Notes: a model not told the origin generated them from the letters alone. DNA of 49,644 nucleotides from Candidatus Brocadiales bacterium (GCA_030586765.1 JAUQZZ010000001.1:1-49644); one strand, 5' to 3'; positions 15,848 through 26,210 are shown, counted from the stretch's first letter. Numbers and translations are program-made.

Positions 15848-16678
15848 CTATCCTTCAAAGAGTTCAGGAAGAAGACCTTCTAAAGTGGAACGTACACCTA
15901 AGAGCTGACATAATTCCTTATATCCCTCCATCCCCCTCTTTCTCCTGTTCCTGAGCCGCCTTGCCGTAAGGACAAGATTTTTCGGGGTGACGGTGGGAGG
16001 CACTATCTCGTGAAGCTCCACACTGTACCCAGCACCCCTGAGTACCTGGGCCCTGAGGGCCTCAGTCAGAAGGTCTGCAAAGCGATAGCGCAAGAGACCG
16101 AGGTCTGTAAGAGCCCTAAGGGGCTGGGATGGTTTTATCTGGCCTCGTATCTGATTCTGGCAGCAGGGTACCACCATTATGTATCTGGCATCCAGTCGCA
16201 CACCCTTGGCAATGGCCTCATCCGTGGCGGCGTCACAGGCATGCAGGGCTAAGACTATATCTACAGGCTTTTGGGGACTAAACTCTATGCTCCGACCTCT
16301 CCAGAAGCTCATGTTTTCATAACCCAAAGAGGAGGCCATGTCCTTACACCTTTCCACAAGGGTGGGAGAGGTGTCCACGCCGTAGAAAAAAACCTCTATT
16401 CCATAAAGCTCTTTTATTATACGATTAAGGGCGAAAGCCAGATAGGACTTCCCGCAAGAACAGTCCAGGAATACGGTATCTTCCTTTAGAATATCCTCAA
16501 CCATCCACAAGATATGGGAGGAGAATCCCACTATCTCCTGAAACTTCTTTAGCTCCCTACGGAGGAGTCCACCGTCAGGGCCCTCCCACCCGAGGACTTT
16601 GAGTAATTCCTTTGAGGAGGTCAGGGCCTCTGCTAAGATACTGCCTTTATATACAGACTTTTGGAGAGAAAGGGACAT
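15848..16678 (-). CDS. SAM-dependent methyltransferase-like protein embedded between rpsM and rpsK.
   Basis: [14 protein letters not shown] is a motif-I-like glycine/cysteine loop. YGVDTS and [15 protein letters not shown] are typical of class I methyltransferase families of the Methyltransf_32 type. It starts 2 nt after the rpsM stop and ends 10 nt before the rpsK start. Confidence 0.65.
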   Translation of the reverse strand: MSLSLQKSVYKGSILAEALTSSKELLKVLGWEGPDGGLLRRELKKFQEIVGFSSHILWMVEDILKEDTVFLDCSCGKSYLAFALNRIIKELYGIEVFFYGVDTSPTLVERCKDMASSLGYENMSFWRGRSIEFSPQKPVDIVLALHACDAATDEAIAKGVRLDARYIMVVPCCQNQIRGQIKPSQPLRALTDLGLLRYRFADLLTEALRAQVLRGAGYSVELHEIVPPTVTPKNLVLTARRLRNRRKRGMEGYKELCQLLGVRSTLEGLLPELFEG

Positions 16679-16679
16679 A

Positions 16680-17063
16680 TTAGGTCTTTTCCGCCGCTAT
16701 CCTCTTTCCTGCTACCGTCTTCCTTTTGCCCTTCCTGGTGCGGGCGTTGGTGCGGGTCCTCTGTCCCCTGACAGGCAGGCCTATCCTGTGCCGCATACCC
16801 CGATAGCATCCTATATTCCTTAAGAGGGAGATATTCTGGGTCTCTTGACGCCGAAGGGCCCCTTCGATGGTATGGTTCTTCTCTATATATGCCCCCAGGG
16901 CGCTGAGCTGGTCCTCATGCAGGTCCTTAGCCCTTATCTTCTCATCTATACCCAGGGCCTGGAGGATCTTCCCTGAAAGGGTCCTGCCTACACCGTATAT
17001 ATAAGTAAGGGCTATCAATACTGGTTTGTCTGCTGGTATATCTACTCCTGCAATCCTGGGCAT
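16680..17063 (-). CDS. rpsM: 30S ribosomal protein S13.
   Basis: [28 protein letters not shown]... Confidence 0.96.
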   Translation of the reverse strand: MPRIAGVDIPADKPVLIALTYIYGVGRTLSGKILQALGIDEKIRAKDLHEDQLSALGAYIEKNHTIEGALRRQETQNISLLRNIGCYRGMRHRIGLPVRGQRTRTNARTRKGKRKTVAGKRIAAEKT

Positions 17064-17076
17064 AAGATCTCTCTCC

Positions 17077-17190
17077 CTAACCCTGTCGCTGTTTATGTTT
17101 GGGGTTAATACATATCACACGGACTACGTTCTTACGGCGGATTATCTTGCAACTCTCACAAATGCGTTTTACAGAGGCCCTTACCTTCAT
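17077..17190 (-). CDS. rpmJ: 50S ribosomal protein L36 (Zn form).
   Basis: Not in the track (37 aa). My hand translation is [37 protein letters not shown], with stop TAG at 17077-17079. Confidence 0.93.
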   Translation of the reverse strand: MKVRASVKRICESCKIIRRKNVVRVICINPKHKQRQG

Positions 17191-17216
17191 AAAGACTATC
17201 CTCCTCTAAGCCCACC

Positions 17217-17435
17217 TCAGGCCTGCCGGTATATTATCCTCCCCCTATCAAGGTCATAGGGTGACATCTCTATGGTCACCTTATCCCCTGGTAGGATTCG
17301 GATAAAATTCATCCTCATCTTCCCCGAGACGTGGGCCAGCACCTGATGGCCATTGGGCAACTCTACTCTAAACCTGGCGTTGGGCAGGGCCTCTTTCACA
17401 ACGGCCTCAACCCTTATGGGTTCCTCCTTAGGCAT
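17217..17435 (-). CDS. infA: Translation initiation factor IF-1.
   Basis: [41 protein letters not shown]... Confidence 0.96.
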   Translation of the reverse strand: MPKEEPIRVEAVVKEALPNARFRVELPNGHQVLAHVSGKMRMNFIRILPGDKVTIEMSPYDLDRGRIIYRQA

Positions 17436-17444
17436 ATAAATCCT

Positions 17445-18200
17445 TCACCCCAGGGTAAGAATCTCGCAGCCGCTCTCCGTTACCACCACCGTGTGCTCGA
17501 AATGTGCCGAGAGCTTCCTATCCTTTGTCACTACCGTCCACTGATTATCCAACACCTCCGTCTCAGGACCACCCTGGCATATCATAGGCTCTATAGCTAG
17601 GGCCGTACCTTCCAGGAGGATTACATCATTCGCCAGCAGGGCCTCGCTCACATAGTTAGGCACCTGGGGGTCTTCATGCATCCTTCTGCCAATGCCGTGC
17701 CCTGTATAATCCCTTATTACCGCGTACCCATTAGCCTCCACGAACTGTTGTATGGCGCCGGAGACCTCGGAGAGCCTGGCCCCTGGTCTTACGGCCTCTA
17801 TAGCCTGGTAAAGGGCCCTCCGGCATACCTCTATAAGCCTCTGGGCTTCAGGGAGTACCTCACCGATAGGGATTGTCACAGCTGCATCGGCCACATATTT
17901 TCTATATTCTACCCCAATATCCACACTGAGTATATCCCCCTCGCAGAGCTTCCTGGGGCCTGGTATCCCATGCACCACTTCTTCATTGATGGAGGTACAT
18001 ATACTCTTCGGATACCTCCTGTAACCTTTAAATACAGGTGTTCCACGGTGCGCCCGGACATACCTGTCTGCTTCATCATTTAGAAAATCGGTTGTGACAC
18101 CACTCTTTGCCAACCCCTCAATTAAGCTCAAGGCCCCAGCCACTATCCGCCCAGCCTCTCTCATTCTAATAATCTGTCTAGGGCTCTTACATTCTATCAC
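17445..18200 (-). CDS. map: Methionine aminopeptidase type I.
   Basis: It has the VVHGIPG, DIGV..YVADAA, GHGIG and LAIEPM metal-ligand blocks. Confidence 0.95.
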   Translation of the reverse strand: MIECKSPRQIIRMREAGRIVAGALSLIEGLAKSGVTTDFLNDEADRYVRAHRGTPVFKGYRRYPKSICTSINEEVVHGIPGPRKLCEGDILSVDIGVEYRKYVADAAVTIPIGEVLPEAQRLIEVCRRALYQAIEAVRPGARLSEVSGAIQQFVEANGYAVIRDYTGHGIGRRMHEDPQVPNYVSEALLANDVILLEGTALAIEPMICQGGPETEVLDNQWTVVTKDRKLSAHFEHTVVVTESGCEILTLG

Positions 18201-18203
18201 AGA

Positions 18204-18863
18204 CTATCTTGCCTTTCTAAGGGAGGTTAAGGTCTTGTTTATCTCCTTATGGGTCTCTTCCACACTCAGGTCGGCATCTACCCTCCTGAGCACGCCTCTT
18301 TCCTCATAGTAATCGATGAGGTCTGCGGTCTGCTCACGATAAACCTTCAACCTCTTCTTCACCGTCTCCACCTTATCATCCTGCCTCTGGGTCAAGACCT
18401 TTCCACACCGGTCACAGATACCCTCTTCTTTAGGTGGTATATAGCGCTCATTATAATTGGCACCACAAGCAGGGCACATCCACCTCCCTGAGAGACGCCT
18501 TACAGCTATCTCCTCAGAAACAGCAAAGTAAAATACCACGTCCACTCTATCCTTCAGCCTCTTCAGGGTTTCATCCAAGGCCTTGGCCTGGGCGAGGTTC
18601 CTTGGGAAACCATCGAATAGAAAGCTCCCTGAAGAACCGTCCCTGGAAACCCGCTCTGCAACGATATCCACTACCAGCTCATCGGGCACCAGGAGACCCT
18701 TTTCCATATATTCCTTCGCCTTTCGCCCCCTAGGGCTACCCCTCTCTACGGCCCCCCTTAGAAGGTCTCCTGTAGAGATATGCTCCATGCCCCGCTCTTT
18801 ACTTATCACCTCTGCCTGGGTACCCTTTCCAGCACCGGGTGGTCCTAAAAAGACCACGTTCAT
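18204..18863 (-). CDS. adk: Adenylate kinase (Zn-lid form).
   Basis: P-loop GPPGAGKGTQ; the lid is CPACGANYN...CDRCG. Confidence 0.96.
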   Translation of the reverse strand: MNVVFLGPPGAGKGTQAEVISKERGMEHISTGDLLRGAVERGSPRGRKAKEYMEKGLLVPDELVVDIVAERVSRDGSSGSFLFDGFPRNLAQAKALDETLKRLKDRVDVVFYFAVSEEIAVRRLSGRWMCPACGANYNERYIPPKEEGICDRCGKVLTQRQDDKVETVKKRLKVYREQTADLIDYYEERGVLRRVDADLSVEETHKEINKTLTSLRKAR

Positions 18864-20242
18864 CCTCTCCTACCCCTTATCCTGCTAGTGCCCCCCAAGA
18901 GACCACTATAGTGTCGCATCAGGAGATGGGCCTCTATTTTCTGAAGGAGGTCCAGAGCCACCCCTACCACTATGAGGAGCCCAGTACCCCCGTAGAAGCC
19001 TGCTATAGCACGACTTATCTCAAAACCCCCTGAGATCATCATTGGCAGCAGGGCAATTATTGCCAGGAAGCTTGCTCCTGCCAGGGTAATCCTGCTCATG
19101 ACATTTTCCAGATACTCAGCCGTGCGCCCCCCGGGTCTAATGCCAGGGATGAAACTCCCGTAGTCTTTCATGTTGTCAGACATCTCTTTGGGGTTAAACT
19201 GTATAGCCGTCCAGAAGTAGCAGAAGAAAGCTATCAGAAAGACATACATGCTCACGTAGACTATCCCCCCCTGGAGGGCCTCTGTCAACCGAGAAGTTAG
19301 CCAGTATCCGAAGCTCCCTGGTTCAAATCTCACCTGGAGCCCCTGAATTATCGCTGTAGGGAATATCAAAAGGGATTGGGCAAAGATAATGGGCATAACC
19401 CCTGCCTGATTCACCCTCAAAGGAAGGAAGTGTTTCTGTCCACCATATACCCTGTGCCCTCGTGTATGTTTTGCCTGCTGGACAGGGATGCGCCTCTGTC
19501 CCTGGGTGATATAGACTATCCCTGCCACAATGGCCAAAAAGCTCCCTATGAGGAGGAGGAGTTTAAAGATTCCAATCTGGTGTTCGGCAGGGGCTACAGA
19601 GAAGGTAAAGTTAGAAATCACCTGGGAAAAGGCCCAAGGGAGGCGATCCACAATGCCCACCATAATTACCAGAGATATACCACTACCTATACCATACTCG
19701 TCTATCTGCTCCCCTATCCACATAAGGAACATGGTTCCGGTGGTAAGGAGAAGGGAGGCTGTGAGCTGGAAGCTTATCCCCTGGAGATATACCGGCACCA
19801 CAGGGACGTTGCTTATCTCTATAGTATATAGGGTTCGGGTAAGGACAAAGGCCTGAAAGAAGCAGAGCCCTACCGTGGTCATACGCGTGTACTGATTTAT
19901 CCTTTTCCTTCCTACCTCTCCCTCTTTGTGGAGGCGTTCCAGGGCTGGAACCACACCTACCAGAAGTTGGAAGATAATGGAGGCGCTTATATAGGGCATC
20001 ACCCCCAATCCAAAGACTGCCCCTGAAGCCAGCGCACCTCCTGCAAAGAGGTCTACCAAGCCTAGCAGTTGACCCACACCCGTCCCTGCAAACTGCTGAA
20101 AATAGGACTTCAAGACCTCTGTGTCAATCCCTGGGATAGGGATGTAAACCCCTACCCTGCATAGGGCAATTAGGCCCAGGGTAACCAGCATCTTTTGCCT
20201 GAGTTCGGGTATCTTATATATGTGTTGAAACTGCTCTAACAT
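18860..20242 (-). CDS. secY: Preprotein translocase subunit SecY.
   Basis: It is a 460-aa polytopic protein with ...GVMPYISASII... . It sits between rplO and adk. The start overlaps the rplO stop (TAATG). Confidence 0.96.
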   Translation of the reverse strand: MLEQFQHIYKIPELRQKMLVTLGLIALCRVGVYIPIPGIDTEVLKSYFQQFAGTGVGQLLGLVDLFAGGALASGAVFGLGVMPYISASIIFQLLVGVVPALERLHKEGEVGRKRINQYTRMTTVGLCFFQAFVLTRTLYTIEISNVPVVPVYLQGISFQLTASLLLTTGTMFLMWIGEQIDEYGIGSGISLVIMVGIVDRLPWAFSQVISNFTFSVAPAEHQIGIFKLLLLIGSFLAIVAGIVYITQGQRRIPVQQAKHTRGHRVYGGQKHFLPLRVNQAGVMPIIFAQSLLIFPTAIIQGLQVRFEPGSFGYWLTSRLTEALQGGIVYVSMYVFLIAFFCYFWTAIQFNPKEMSDNMKDYGSFIPGIRPGGRTAEYLENVMSRITLAGASFLAIIALLPMMISGGFEISRAIAGFYGGTGLLIVVGVALDLLQKIEAHLLMRHYSGLLGGTSRIRGRRG

Positions 20243-20685
20243 TAAATGACTTTTGCCTCTCCGCCCATGTCAGTAATCTTCTTTATTGCACTCTTGCTGA
20301 ACTTGTGGGCAAAGACCCTTAGGGGCCTCTTAAGCTCACCCTTCCCCAGTATCTTAACACCCGCCTCGGATTCTTTCCTTAAGAGCCCTGCGTCCTTAAG
20401 GGCTTGTATATCTATAACATCTTTTCCTTCTATACCTTGCAACTGACCCAGGTTGATAATGTTATACTGCTTTTTAAATATGTTCTTGAATCCCCTCTTG
20501 GGTATGCGTCGGACCAGGGGCATCTGCCCTCCCTCAAAATAGAGCCCTGTCTCAGAGCCCGAACGGGCCTTAGCGCCCTTGACCCCTCTTCCAGAGGTCT
20601 TGCCGTGGCCGGAACCTGGGCCGCAACCTACGCGCTTCTTCCTCCTGCGTCTAACCCCAATGCCCTTGACATCCTGTAGATTCAT
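20242..20685 (-). CDS. rplO: 50S ribosomal protein L15.
   Basis: RVGCGPGSGHGKTSGRGVKGAKARSG. Confidence 0.95.
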   Translation of the reverse strand: MNLQDVKGIGVRRRRKKRVGCGPGSGHGKTSGRGVKGAKARSGSETGLYFEGGQMPLVRRIPKRGFKNIFKKQYNIINLGQLQGIEGKDVIDIQALKDAGLLRKESEAGVKILGKGELKRPLRVFAHKFSKSAIKKITDMGGEAKVI

Positions 20686-20687
20686 CT

Positions 20688-21167
20688 CTAACTCACCCCT
20701 CTTAACAAGGCTATCTCTTCCATGGTCTTCAGGGCCTTGAGTCCGTTTGTAGTTGCCTTTACTACATTAAGGGGATTCCTAGAGCCGTAGCACTTGGAGA
20801 GGACATCTCTCACACCCGCCAATTCTAATACAGCCCTGGCGGATGCCCCCGCCTTTATCCCCGTGCCTGGGGCAGCTGGCTTCATGAAAATCCTGGCGGC
20901 CCCAAAGCGACCCCAAACCTCGTGGGGCAGGGTCTCTCCCCTTAAAGATACTCGGGTAAGCCCCTTCTTGGCATCCTTGGTGGCCTTGGCTATGGCGCTG
21001 GGTACCTCACGGGCCTTCCCAAAGCCGTAGCCCACTCTGCCTCGCTTGTCACCAACCACTACCAAAGCACTGAAGCTCAGTCTCTTACCCCCCTTGGTCA
21101 CCGCCGTACAGCGATTGATGCTCACGACAGTTTCTTCCAGGGCTGCTTCTTCCGGCGGTGTCATCAT
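20688..21167 (-). CDS. rpsE: 30S ribosomal protein S5.
   Basis: [40 protein letters not shown] chose the start at MMTPPEE (21167), which is preceded by a GGGGGG RBS. The track start at 21248 would overlap rplR by 70 nt. Confidence 0.93.
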   Translation of the reverse strand: MMTPPEEAALEETVVSINRCTAVTKGGKRLSFSALVVVGDKRGRVGYGFGKAREVPSAIAKATKDAKKGLTRVSLRGETLPHEVWGRFGAARIFMKPAAPGTGIKAGASARAVLELAGVRDVLSKCYGSRNPLNVVKATTNGLKALKTMEEIALLRGVS

Positions 21168-21178
21168 TTGCCCCCCTA

Positions 21179-21547
21179 TTAGAACCGAAGATTCCCTTTT
21201 CTGGCTGCATCGGCTAGGGCCTTCACCCTGCCGTGAAATTTGTACCAACTCCTATCGAAGACCACCTTCTCTATACCTAACTTCTTTGCCTCCTCTGCTA
21301 CCTTCTGGCCTACCAACTCTGCTGCCTTTTTGTTCCCCCCGTAAGGGACCTGCTCTTTTATCCCAGGGGAAAGGGTGGAGGCCGAGACCAGGGTATTCCC
21401 CTCACTGTCGTCAATCAACTGGCAGTATATGTTTTTAAGACTCTTGTAGACGGCGAGTCTTGGGCGTTCTTTAGTGCCGTAGACCTTTTGACGTACCCTT
21501 AAATGCCTTCTCTCCCTCTTCCGCCATTTCTCCTTCTGTAGGTTCAT
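21179..21547 (-). CDS. rplR: 50S ribosomal protein L18.
   Basis: [34 protein letters not shown]. Confidence 0.95.
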   Translation of the reverse strand: MNLQKEKWRKRERRHLRVRQKVYGTKERPRLAVYKSLKNIYCQLIDDSEGNTLVSASTLSPGIKEQVPYGGNKKAAELVGQKVAEEAKKLGIEKVVFDRSWYKFHGRVKALADAARKGNLRF

Positions 21548-21559
21548 AGAACAATTTCC

Positions 21560-22120
21560 TTAGGCCTGCTGTGCTGCGGCAAAGGCCTTGCCGGCCTTCT
21601 TGCGGACCACCTCATCCTTATACCTTATGCCCTTGCCTTTATAGGGTTCAACAGGTCTTAGGCCTCGGACCATGGCAGCAAACTGCCCTACCAGGTGCTT
21701 ATCTGCACCTTTTATAATAAATTTGGCAGGGTTCGTGGCCTGCTGAACCTCTACTGTTATCCCTTCTGGCATCCTCACCTGAATGGGCTTAGTATGTCCC
21801 ACACTCAAGACCAGGTCCTTACCCTGGACCTTAGCACTATAGCCCAGGCCCACAATCTCCATTCCCTTAGAAAATCCTTTGGTTATCCCTTCTATAGCAT
21901 TAGAGACCAGGCTCCTGGAGAGGCCCTGGAAGGCGCTTCCCTCCTTAGAGGAGACCTTAAAGTGGAGGAATCTTGCCTTGGAATCGAATTCTACAGATAC
22001 CAAGGGATGGAGGGTATGAGACAATTGCCCCTTAGGCCCCTTCACCATCACTGTATGATTGGTTATCTTGACCTCCACTCCTTGAGGGACTGCTATGGGT
22101 AATTTCCCGATACGAGACAT
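21560..22120 (-). CDS. rplF: 50S ribosomal protein L6.
   Basis: MSRIGKLPIAVPQGVEVKI... Confidence 0.96.
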   Translation of the reverse strand: MSRIGKLPIAVPQGVEVKITNHTVMVKGPKGQLSHTLHPLVSVEFDSKARFLHFKVSSKEGSAFQGLSRSLVSNAIEGITKGFSKGMEIVGLGYSAKVQGKDLVLSVGHTKPIQVRMPEGITVEVQQATNPAKFIIKGADKHLVGQFAAMVRGLRPVEPYKGKGIRYKDEVVRKKAGKAFAAAQQA

Positions 22121-22132
22121 CTTACTACTCCC

Positions 22133-22531
22133 TTACCAGACCTTGCATATTAGTTCCCCGCCTATGTGGGACTTCCTACATTCTTTATCGCTCATGACCC
22201 CCTTCGGGGTGGAGAGGATAGCAATGCCGATACCGCCCAGTACCTTGCCAATCTCCTCTACCTTCTTATAAATCCTCCTTCCAGACTTGCTCTCCCTGGT
22301 AAGCCGGTGTATAATTTTCTCCTTCTGGGGACCGTACTTGAGATAAACCCTTATGACTCCCTGCCTCTTATCCTCTATTTCCTTATAGCCCTTTATGAAA
22401 CCTTCTTCCTTAAGGACCCTAGCTATCTCAAGCTTTGTGAAGGAGCGTGGGATATCCACACTCTCCTTGGCCTTCATATTTGCGTTCCTAATACGAGTTA
22501 ACATGTCAGCAATTGGGTCTGTCATAGTCAC
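22133..22531 (-). CDS. rpsH: 30S ribosomal protein S8.
   Basis: [21 protein letters not shown]. Confidence 0.96.
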   Translation of the reverse strand: MTMTDPIADMLTRIRNANMKAKESVDIPRSFTKLEIARVLKEEGFIKGYKEIEDKRQGVIRVYLKYGPQKEKIIHRLTRESKSGRRIYKKVEEIGKVLGGIGIAILSTPKGVMSDKECRKSHIGGELICKVW

Positions 22532-22541
22532 AGGATTTCTC

Positions 22542-22727
22542 CTACCAGCTTGCCTTTTTCACCCCAGGAATCTCTCCCCTGGAGGCCAGGTTCCTGAAAC
22601 ATATCCTGCATATCTGGAACTTCCTGTAAAAGGCTCTGGACCTTCCACAAAGTTTACAGCGGTTGTGCCGACGGGTCTTGTATTTAGGCTCCCTTTTTGC
22701 CTTCTCTAATAAGCCTTTTCTCGCCAT
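22542..22727 (-). CDS. rpsN: 30S ribosomal protein S14, short Zn-binding type.
   Basis: 61 aa, with [20 protein letters not shown]. Confidence 0.95.
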   Translation of the reverse strand: MARKGLLEKAKREPKYKTRRHNRCKLCGRSRAFYRKFQICRICFRNLASRGEIPGVKKASW

Positions 22728-22728
22728 G

Positions 22729-23280
22729 TTAGTCCCTGAAAGGTGTCCCTAATAGACGGAGGAGTTCCTTAGACTCCTCCTTCTTCTTGCCAGATGTGTT
22801 GCCAGATATGACTATAGTTATATCCATACCTTGAGTAAACTCTACATCCTCGATGTTTATCTCAGGAAAGACTATTTGCTCGGCTATTCCCAGGGTGTAA
22901 TTCCCTCTTTCATCAAAACCCCTGGGGGATAAGCCCCTGAAGTCTTTTATCCTGGGAAGGGTTACGCTAATGAGCCTGTCTAAGAACTCGTACATCCTTT
23001 TTCCCCTCAGGGTGACCTTGCATCCTATGGGATTATCCTTCCTGAGGTTAAATCCTGCCACAGACTTTCTGGCCTTGGTAACTATGGGCTTCTGCCCTGT
23101 AATAAGGGCCAGGTGCCTCTGGGCATCCTCAAGACGCTTCCTGTTCTCCAGGGCCTTGCCAACGCCCATATTTACCACTACCTTCTGTATTCTAGGCACT
23201 GCCATGGGGTTTTTGTACCCAAACCTCTTCACCATCTCTGGAACAACCGTATCCTTATAAAACTCTAGAAGCCTGGCCAT
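22729..23280 (-). CDS. rplE: 50S ribosomal protein L5.
   Basis: [18 protein letters not shown] ... [19 protein letters not shown]. Confidence 0.96.
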   Translation of the reverse strand: MARLLEFYKDTVVPEMVKRFGYKNPMAVPRIQKVVVNMGVGKALENRKRLEDAQRHLALITGQKPIVTKARKSVAGFNLRKDNPIGCKVTLRGKRMYEFLDRLISVTLPRIKDFRGLSPRGFDERGNYTLGIAEQIVFPEINIEDVEFTQGMDITIVISGNTSGKKKEESKELLRLLGTPFRD

Positions 23281-23282
23281 CC

Positions 23283-23627
23283 CTAGCCCTCAACCCCTGC
23301 CGTTACTATGGCATGTCCACACTTGTAGCAAACCCTTGTCTTAGCGCCTTCCTCTCCAAGCTTCGTACGGGTCCTGACGCCTTTATTATATCTCTGGCAG
23401 TTTTTATTCTGGCAGACTACTAAGACATTAGATATGGCAATGGGGGCTTCCTTTTGAATACGTCCCCCTTGAGGGTTCTTCTGGCTGGGACGGACGTGCT
23501 TAAAGATATAATTAATGCCCTCTACTACCACCCGATTCTCTTCGGGTATAACGTACAAGATCTTTCCCGTCTTGCCCGCCTCATCTCCAGTTATCACTTC
23601 CACAAGATCGTTCTTTACCACATGCAT
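23283..23627 (-). CDS. rplX: 50S ribosomal protein L24 (with a Cys4 tail).
   Basis: It has a KOW region (VKNDLVEVITGDEAGKTGKI). The C-terminal CQNKNC...CYKCG resembles the zinc-ribbon tail I recall from Thermus L24. Confidence 0.94.
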   Translation of the reverse strand: MHVVKNDLVEVITGDEAGKTGKILYVIPEENRVVVEGINYIFKHVRPSQKNPQGGRIQKEAPIAISNVLVVCQNKNCQRYNKGVRTRTKLGEEGAKTRVCYKCGHAIVTAGVEG

Positions 23628-23632
23628 AAGTT

Positions 23633-24001
23633 TTACACCACCTCTGAGGCAAGGGATATGATTCTAGTAAAATTCTTCTGCCTCAACTCCCTGGCCACAG
23701 CACCAAAGACCCTGGTACCCCTGGGATTACCTTCCCCATCTATAAGCACTATAGCATTCTTGTCAAACCTCAAATAAGAGCCATCTTCCCTGTGGATGTT
23801 CTGTCTGGCCCTTACCACTACACCTTTCACTACATCACCCTTCTTTACTTCTCCCCCGGGCATGGCCTTCTTCACCGCGGCCACTATGACATCTCCCACA
23901 GTGGCATATCTCTTGGCGGAGCCTCCCAGCACCTTTATAACCATAGCCCTCTTGGCTCCTGTGTTATCTGCTACATCTAACTTCGTATATTCCATTATCA
24001 C
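23633..24001 (-). CDS. rplN: 50S ribosomal protein L14.
   Basis: [21 protein letters not shown]. Confidence 0.96.
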   Translation of the reverse strand: MIMEYTKLDVADNTGAKRAMVIKVLGGSAKRYATVGDVIVAAVKKAMPGGEVKKGDVVKGVVVRARQNIHREDGSYLRFDKNAIVLIDGEGNPRGTRVFGAVARELRQKNFTRIISLASEVV

Positions 24002-24267
24002 GCTCTAGTAGCCTCCTCCACTACACGCACCAGGCGCCAGTGTTTTGTCTTACTCAGAGGCCTTGTTTCCATAATCTCCACTTTATCCCCCACTTTTGCC
24101 TTTCCCTCCTCGTCGTGGGCCTTATAAACAGTGGCCCTCCGAATATACTTGCCGTAGCGGGGATGCTTCACCATTCTTTCAACCTTCACTACTACGGTCT
24201 TTTTCATCTTGTTGCTACTCACTACACCTACAACCCGCTTCCTCCTAGCTCTCCCTTCCATGGTCAA
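23998..24267 (-). CDS. rpsQ: 30S ribosomal protein S17.
   Basis: [31 protein letters not shown]. Confidence 0.95.
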   Translation of the reverse strand: MTMEGRARRKRVVGVVSSNKMKKTVVVKVERMVKHPRYGKYIRRATVYKAHDEEGKAKVGDKVEIMETRPLSKTKHWRLVRVVEEATRA

Positions 24268-24489
24268 CTAGCTTCCTTTTGAGTAAAGTCGTTTGTTTAA
24301 CCCTAGCTCCATTTCTCTGAGAATGGTCTCTAGTCTGGCTATATCCTTACGTGTCTTAGCATACTGGGCAGAGTTACGCAGCTCTCCTGCCTGCCACTGT
24401 ATCCTGAGATTTAGAAGTTCTCTTTTACAGCCCTCCAGCTCCTGGAGGATATCCTCTCTGGACTTGCTACGTATCTCTACAGGTTTCAT
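24268..24489 (-). CDS. rpmC: 50S ribosomal protein L29.
   Basis: It is 73 aa and helical (EIRSKSREDILQELEGCKRELLNLRIQ), lying between rplP and rpsQ. Confidence 0.92.
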   Translation of the reverse strand: MKPVEIRSKSREDILQELEGCKRELLNLRIQWQAGELRNSAQYAKTRKDIARLETILREMELGLNKRLYSKGS

Positions 24490-24491
24490 GG

Positions 24492-24905
24492 CTATATCCT
24501 GCGCGTTATCATCCTAACCCTGACAGGCATCTTATGGGCTATGCGGTTAAAGGCCTGTCTTGCCAAATCCTCTGGCACACCTGAAACCTCGTAGATGATA
24601 GTGCCGGGTTTCACCACCGCCACCCAGAAGGCTGGTTCACCTTTACCCTTACCCATGCGGGTCTCTATAGGCTTAGCCGTAACAGATTTGTGGGGAAAGG
24701 CCCTGACCACTAATTTACCTTCCCTGGCCAGGAAATGGCTAGCGGCAACCCTACCCGCCTCTAGCTGCTGGGCAGTTACCCAGCCTGGCTCCAGGGCCTG
24801 GAGCCCATACTCGCCAAAGGCCACCGTCTGCCCCCTGGTGGCCCTCCCTTTAATCCGGCCTCGATGGGTCTTTCTAAACTTTACCCTTTTGGGCATTAAC
24901 TGCAT
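24492..24905 (-). CDS. rplP: 50S ribosomal protein L16.
   Basis: LMPKRVKFRKTHRGRIKG. It overlaps the rpsC 3' end by 32 nt. Confidence 0.96.
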   Translation of the reverse strand: MQLMPKRVKFRKTHRGRIKGRATRGQTVAFGEYGLQALEPGWVTAQQLEAGRVAASHFLAREGKLVVRAFPHKSVTAKPIETRMGKGKGEPAFWVAVVKPGTIIYEVSGVPEDLARQAFNRIAHKMPVRVRMITRRI

Positions 24906-25545
24906 GGCTCTGCTCCTTTGGCACTTTTTCTCCCTTATATATCCAGACCTTCGCCCCTATGGTACCGTAGGCGGTGAAGGCCTCATGAAAGCCATAGTCA
25001 ATATCGGCCTTAAAGGTGTGCAGGGGAATCTTTCCCAATATCATGGACTCGGTCCTGGCTATCTCTGCACCACCCAGTCTGCCTGCTACCTGTATCTTGA
25101 CCCCTTCTGCCCCTGCCCCCATGACCGTGTCCATGGCCCTTCTCATGGTCCTGCGGAAGGCGGCCCGCCTCTCCAGTTGCTCCGCAATGCCCTCAGCCAC
25201 TAGCTGGGCATCTAGCTCGGGTTTATCTACCTCCTTTATCTTTATAGTAATCTGTCTCCCTGTGAGCTTTTCCAGTTCATCCCTGAGCTTATCTATACCT
25301 GCGCCTTTTCTTCCAATGATGAGCCCTGGACGGGCAGTATGCAAGGTGACCCTTGCCTCCTCCCTGGTCCTCTCTATCTCTACCATGGGTATAGCCGCAA
25401 AACCATAATTCTTTTTGACATGTCGTCGTATCTTCTGGTCCTCCACCAGGAGATTGCCGAAGCGGCTCTTATCGGCATACCAGTTGGAGCGCCAGTCAAG
25501 AGTTATTCCTACTCTTAGACTTGTGGGACGAACCTTTTGACCCAT
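24874..25545 (-). CDS. rpsC: 30S ribosomal protein S3.
   Basis: MGQKVRPTSLRVGITLDWRSNWYA; KH domain. Confidence 0.96.
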   Translation of the reverse strand: MGQKVRPTSLRVGITLDWRSNWYADKSRFGNLLVEDQKIRRHVKKNYGFAAIPMVEIERTREEARVTLHTARPGLIIGRKGAGIDKLRDELEKLTGRQITIKIKEVDKPELDAQLVAEGIAEQLERRAAFRRTMRRAMDTVMGAGAEGVKIQVAGRLGGAEIARTESMILGKIPLHTFKADIDYGFHEAFTAYGTIGAKVWIYKGEKVPKEQSHAVNAQKGKV

Positions 25546-25556
25546 AACCTTCCTCT

Positions 25557-25904
25557 CTAGCCTTTCGGCTTCTCCTCGTTGGAGAGGACTACTGTAATGT
25601 GGCTAGTACGCCTCCTCAAGGGTGCAGACATACCTCTGGGCCTTGCCCAGTGCCACTTGCGCATAGGACCACTATCTATCCTGGCCTCACTTACCTTCAA
25701 AGAGTCCAGGTCCACTTCCGCACCCTCTTCAGCGCTGGCCAGGGCCGCCCTAAGGGTCTTGTCTATCGTGTAGGCAGCCCTCTTCGGGGTAAAACGGAGG
25801 ATCTCCAGGGCATCGTTCACAGGCTTACCTCTTATAAGGTCTATGACCAACCTGGCCTTCCTAGGGGATATCGTTGCATATCTATATACGGCCCTAAATC
25901 TCAT
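25557..25904 (-). CDS. rplV: 50S ribosomal protein L22.
   Basis: ISPRKARLVIDLIRGKPVNDALEILRFTPKRAA. Confidence 0.95.
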   Translation of the reverse strand: MRFRAVYRYATISPRKARLVIDLIRGKPVNDALEILRFTPKRAAYTIDKTLRAALASAEEGAEVDLDSLKVSEARIDSGPMRKWHWARPRGMSAPLRRRTSHITVVLSNEEKPKG

Positions 25905-25906
25905 CT

Positions 25907-26197
25907 CTATGTACCAGGTATCCTCATCTCTTTCTTCTTCACTCCGCCGTGTCCCCTAAAGACTCTGGTAAGAGAAAACTCTCCCAGCTTATGTCCTACC
26001 ATGTCTTCAGTAACAAAAAGCTTCTGGAATATCTTGCCGTTGTGGATAAGGAAGGTATAGCCCACGAACTCTGGGATGATGGTGCAGGCCCTGGCCCAGG
26101 TACGGATGGGTTCCTTCTGGCCAGTCCCTTTCTGCGCCATGACCTTCTTTAACAGCTTCGCATCTACATAGGGTCCTTTTTTTACGGAACGTCCCAT
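25907..26197 (-). CDS. rpsS: 30S ribosomal protein S19.
   Basis: MGRSVKKGPYVDAKLLKKV ... HNGK.F..L.VTEDMVGHKLGEF. Confidence 0.96.
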   Translation of the reverse strand: MGRSVKKGPYVDAKLLKKVMAQKGTGQKEPIRTWARACTIIPEFVGYTFLIHNGKIFQKLFVTEDMVGHKLGEFSLTRVFRGHGGVKKKEMRIPGT

Positions 26198-26210
26198 TAT
26201 TTTAAAGACC

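Noticed and set aside
15838-15858. Upstream extensions of rpsK (15838-15858) and rpsE (21168-21248) that would create gene overlaps suggestive of frameshifts or fusion.
   Set aside because: Internal ATGs preceded by G-rich RBS sequences give the canonical S11 (MAK...) and S5 N-termini and remove the overlaps.
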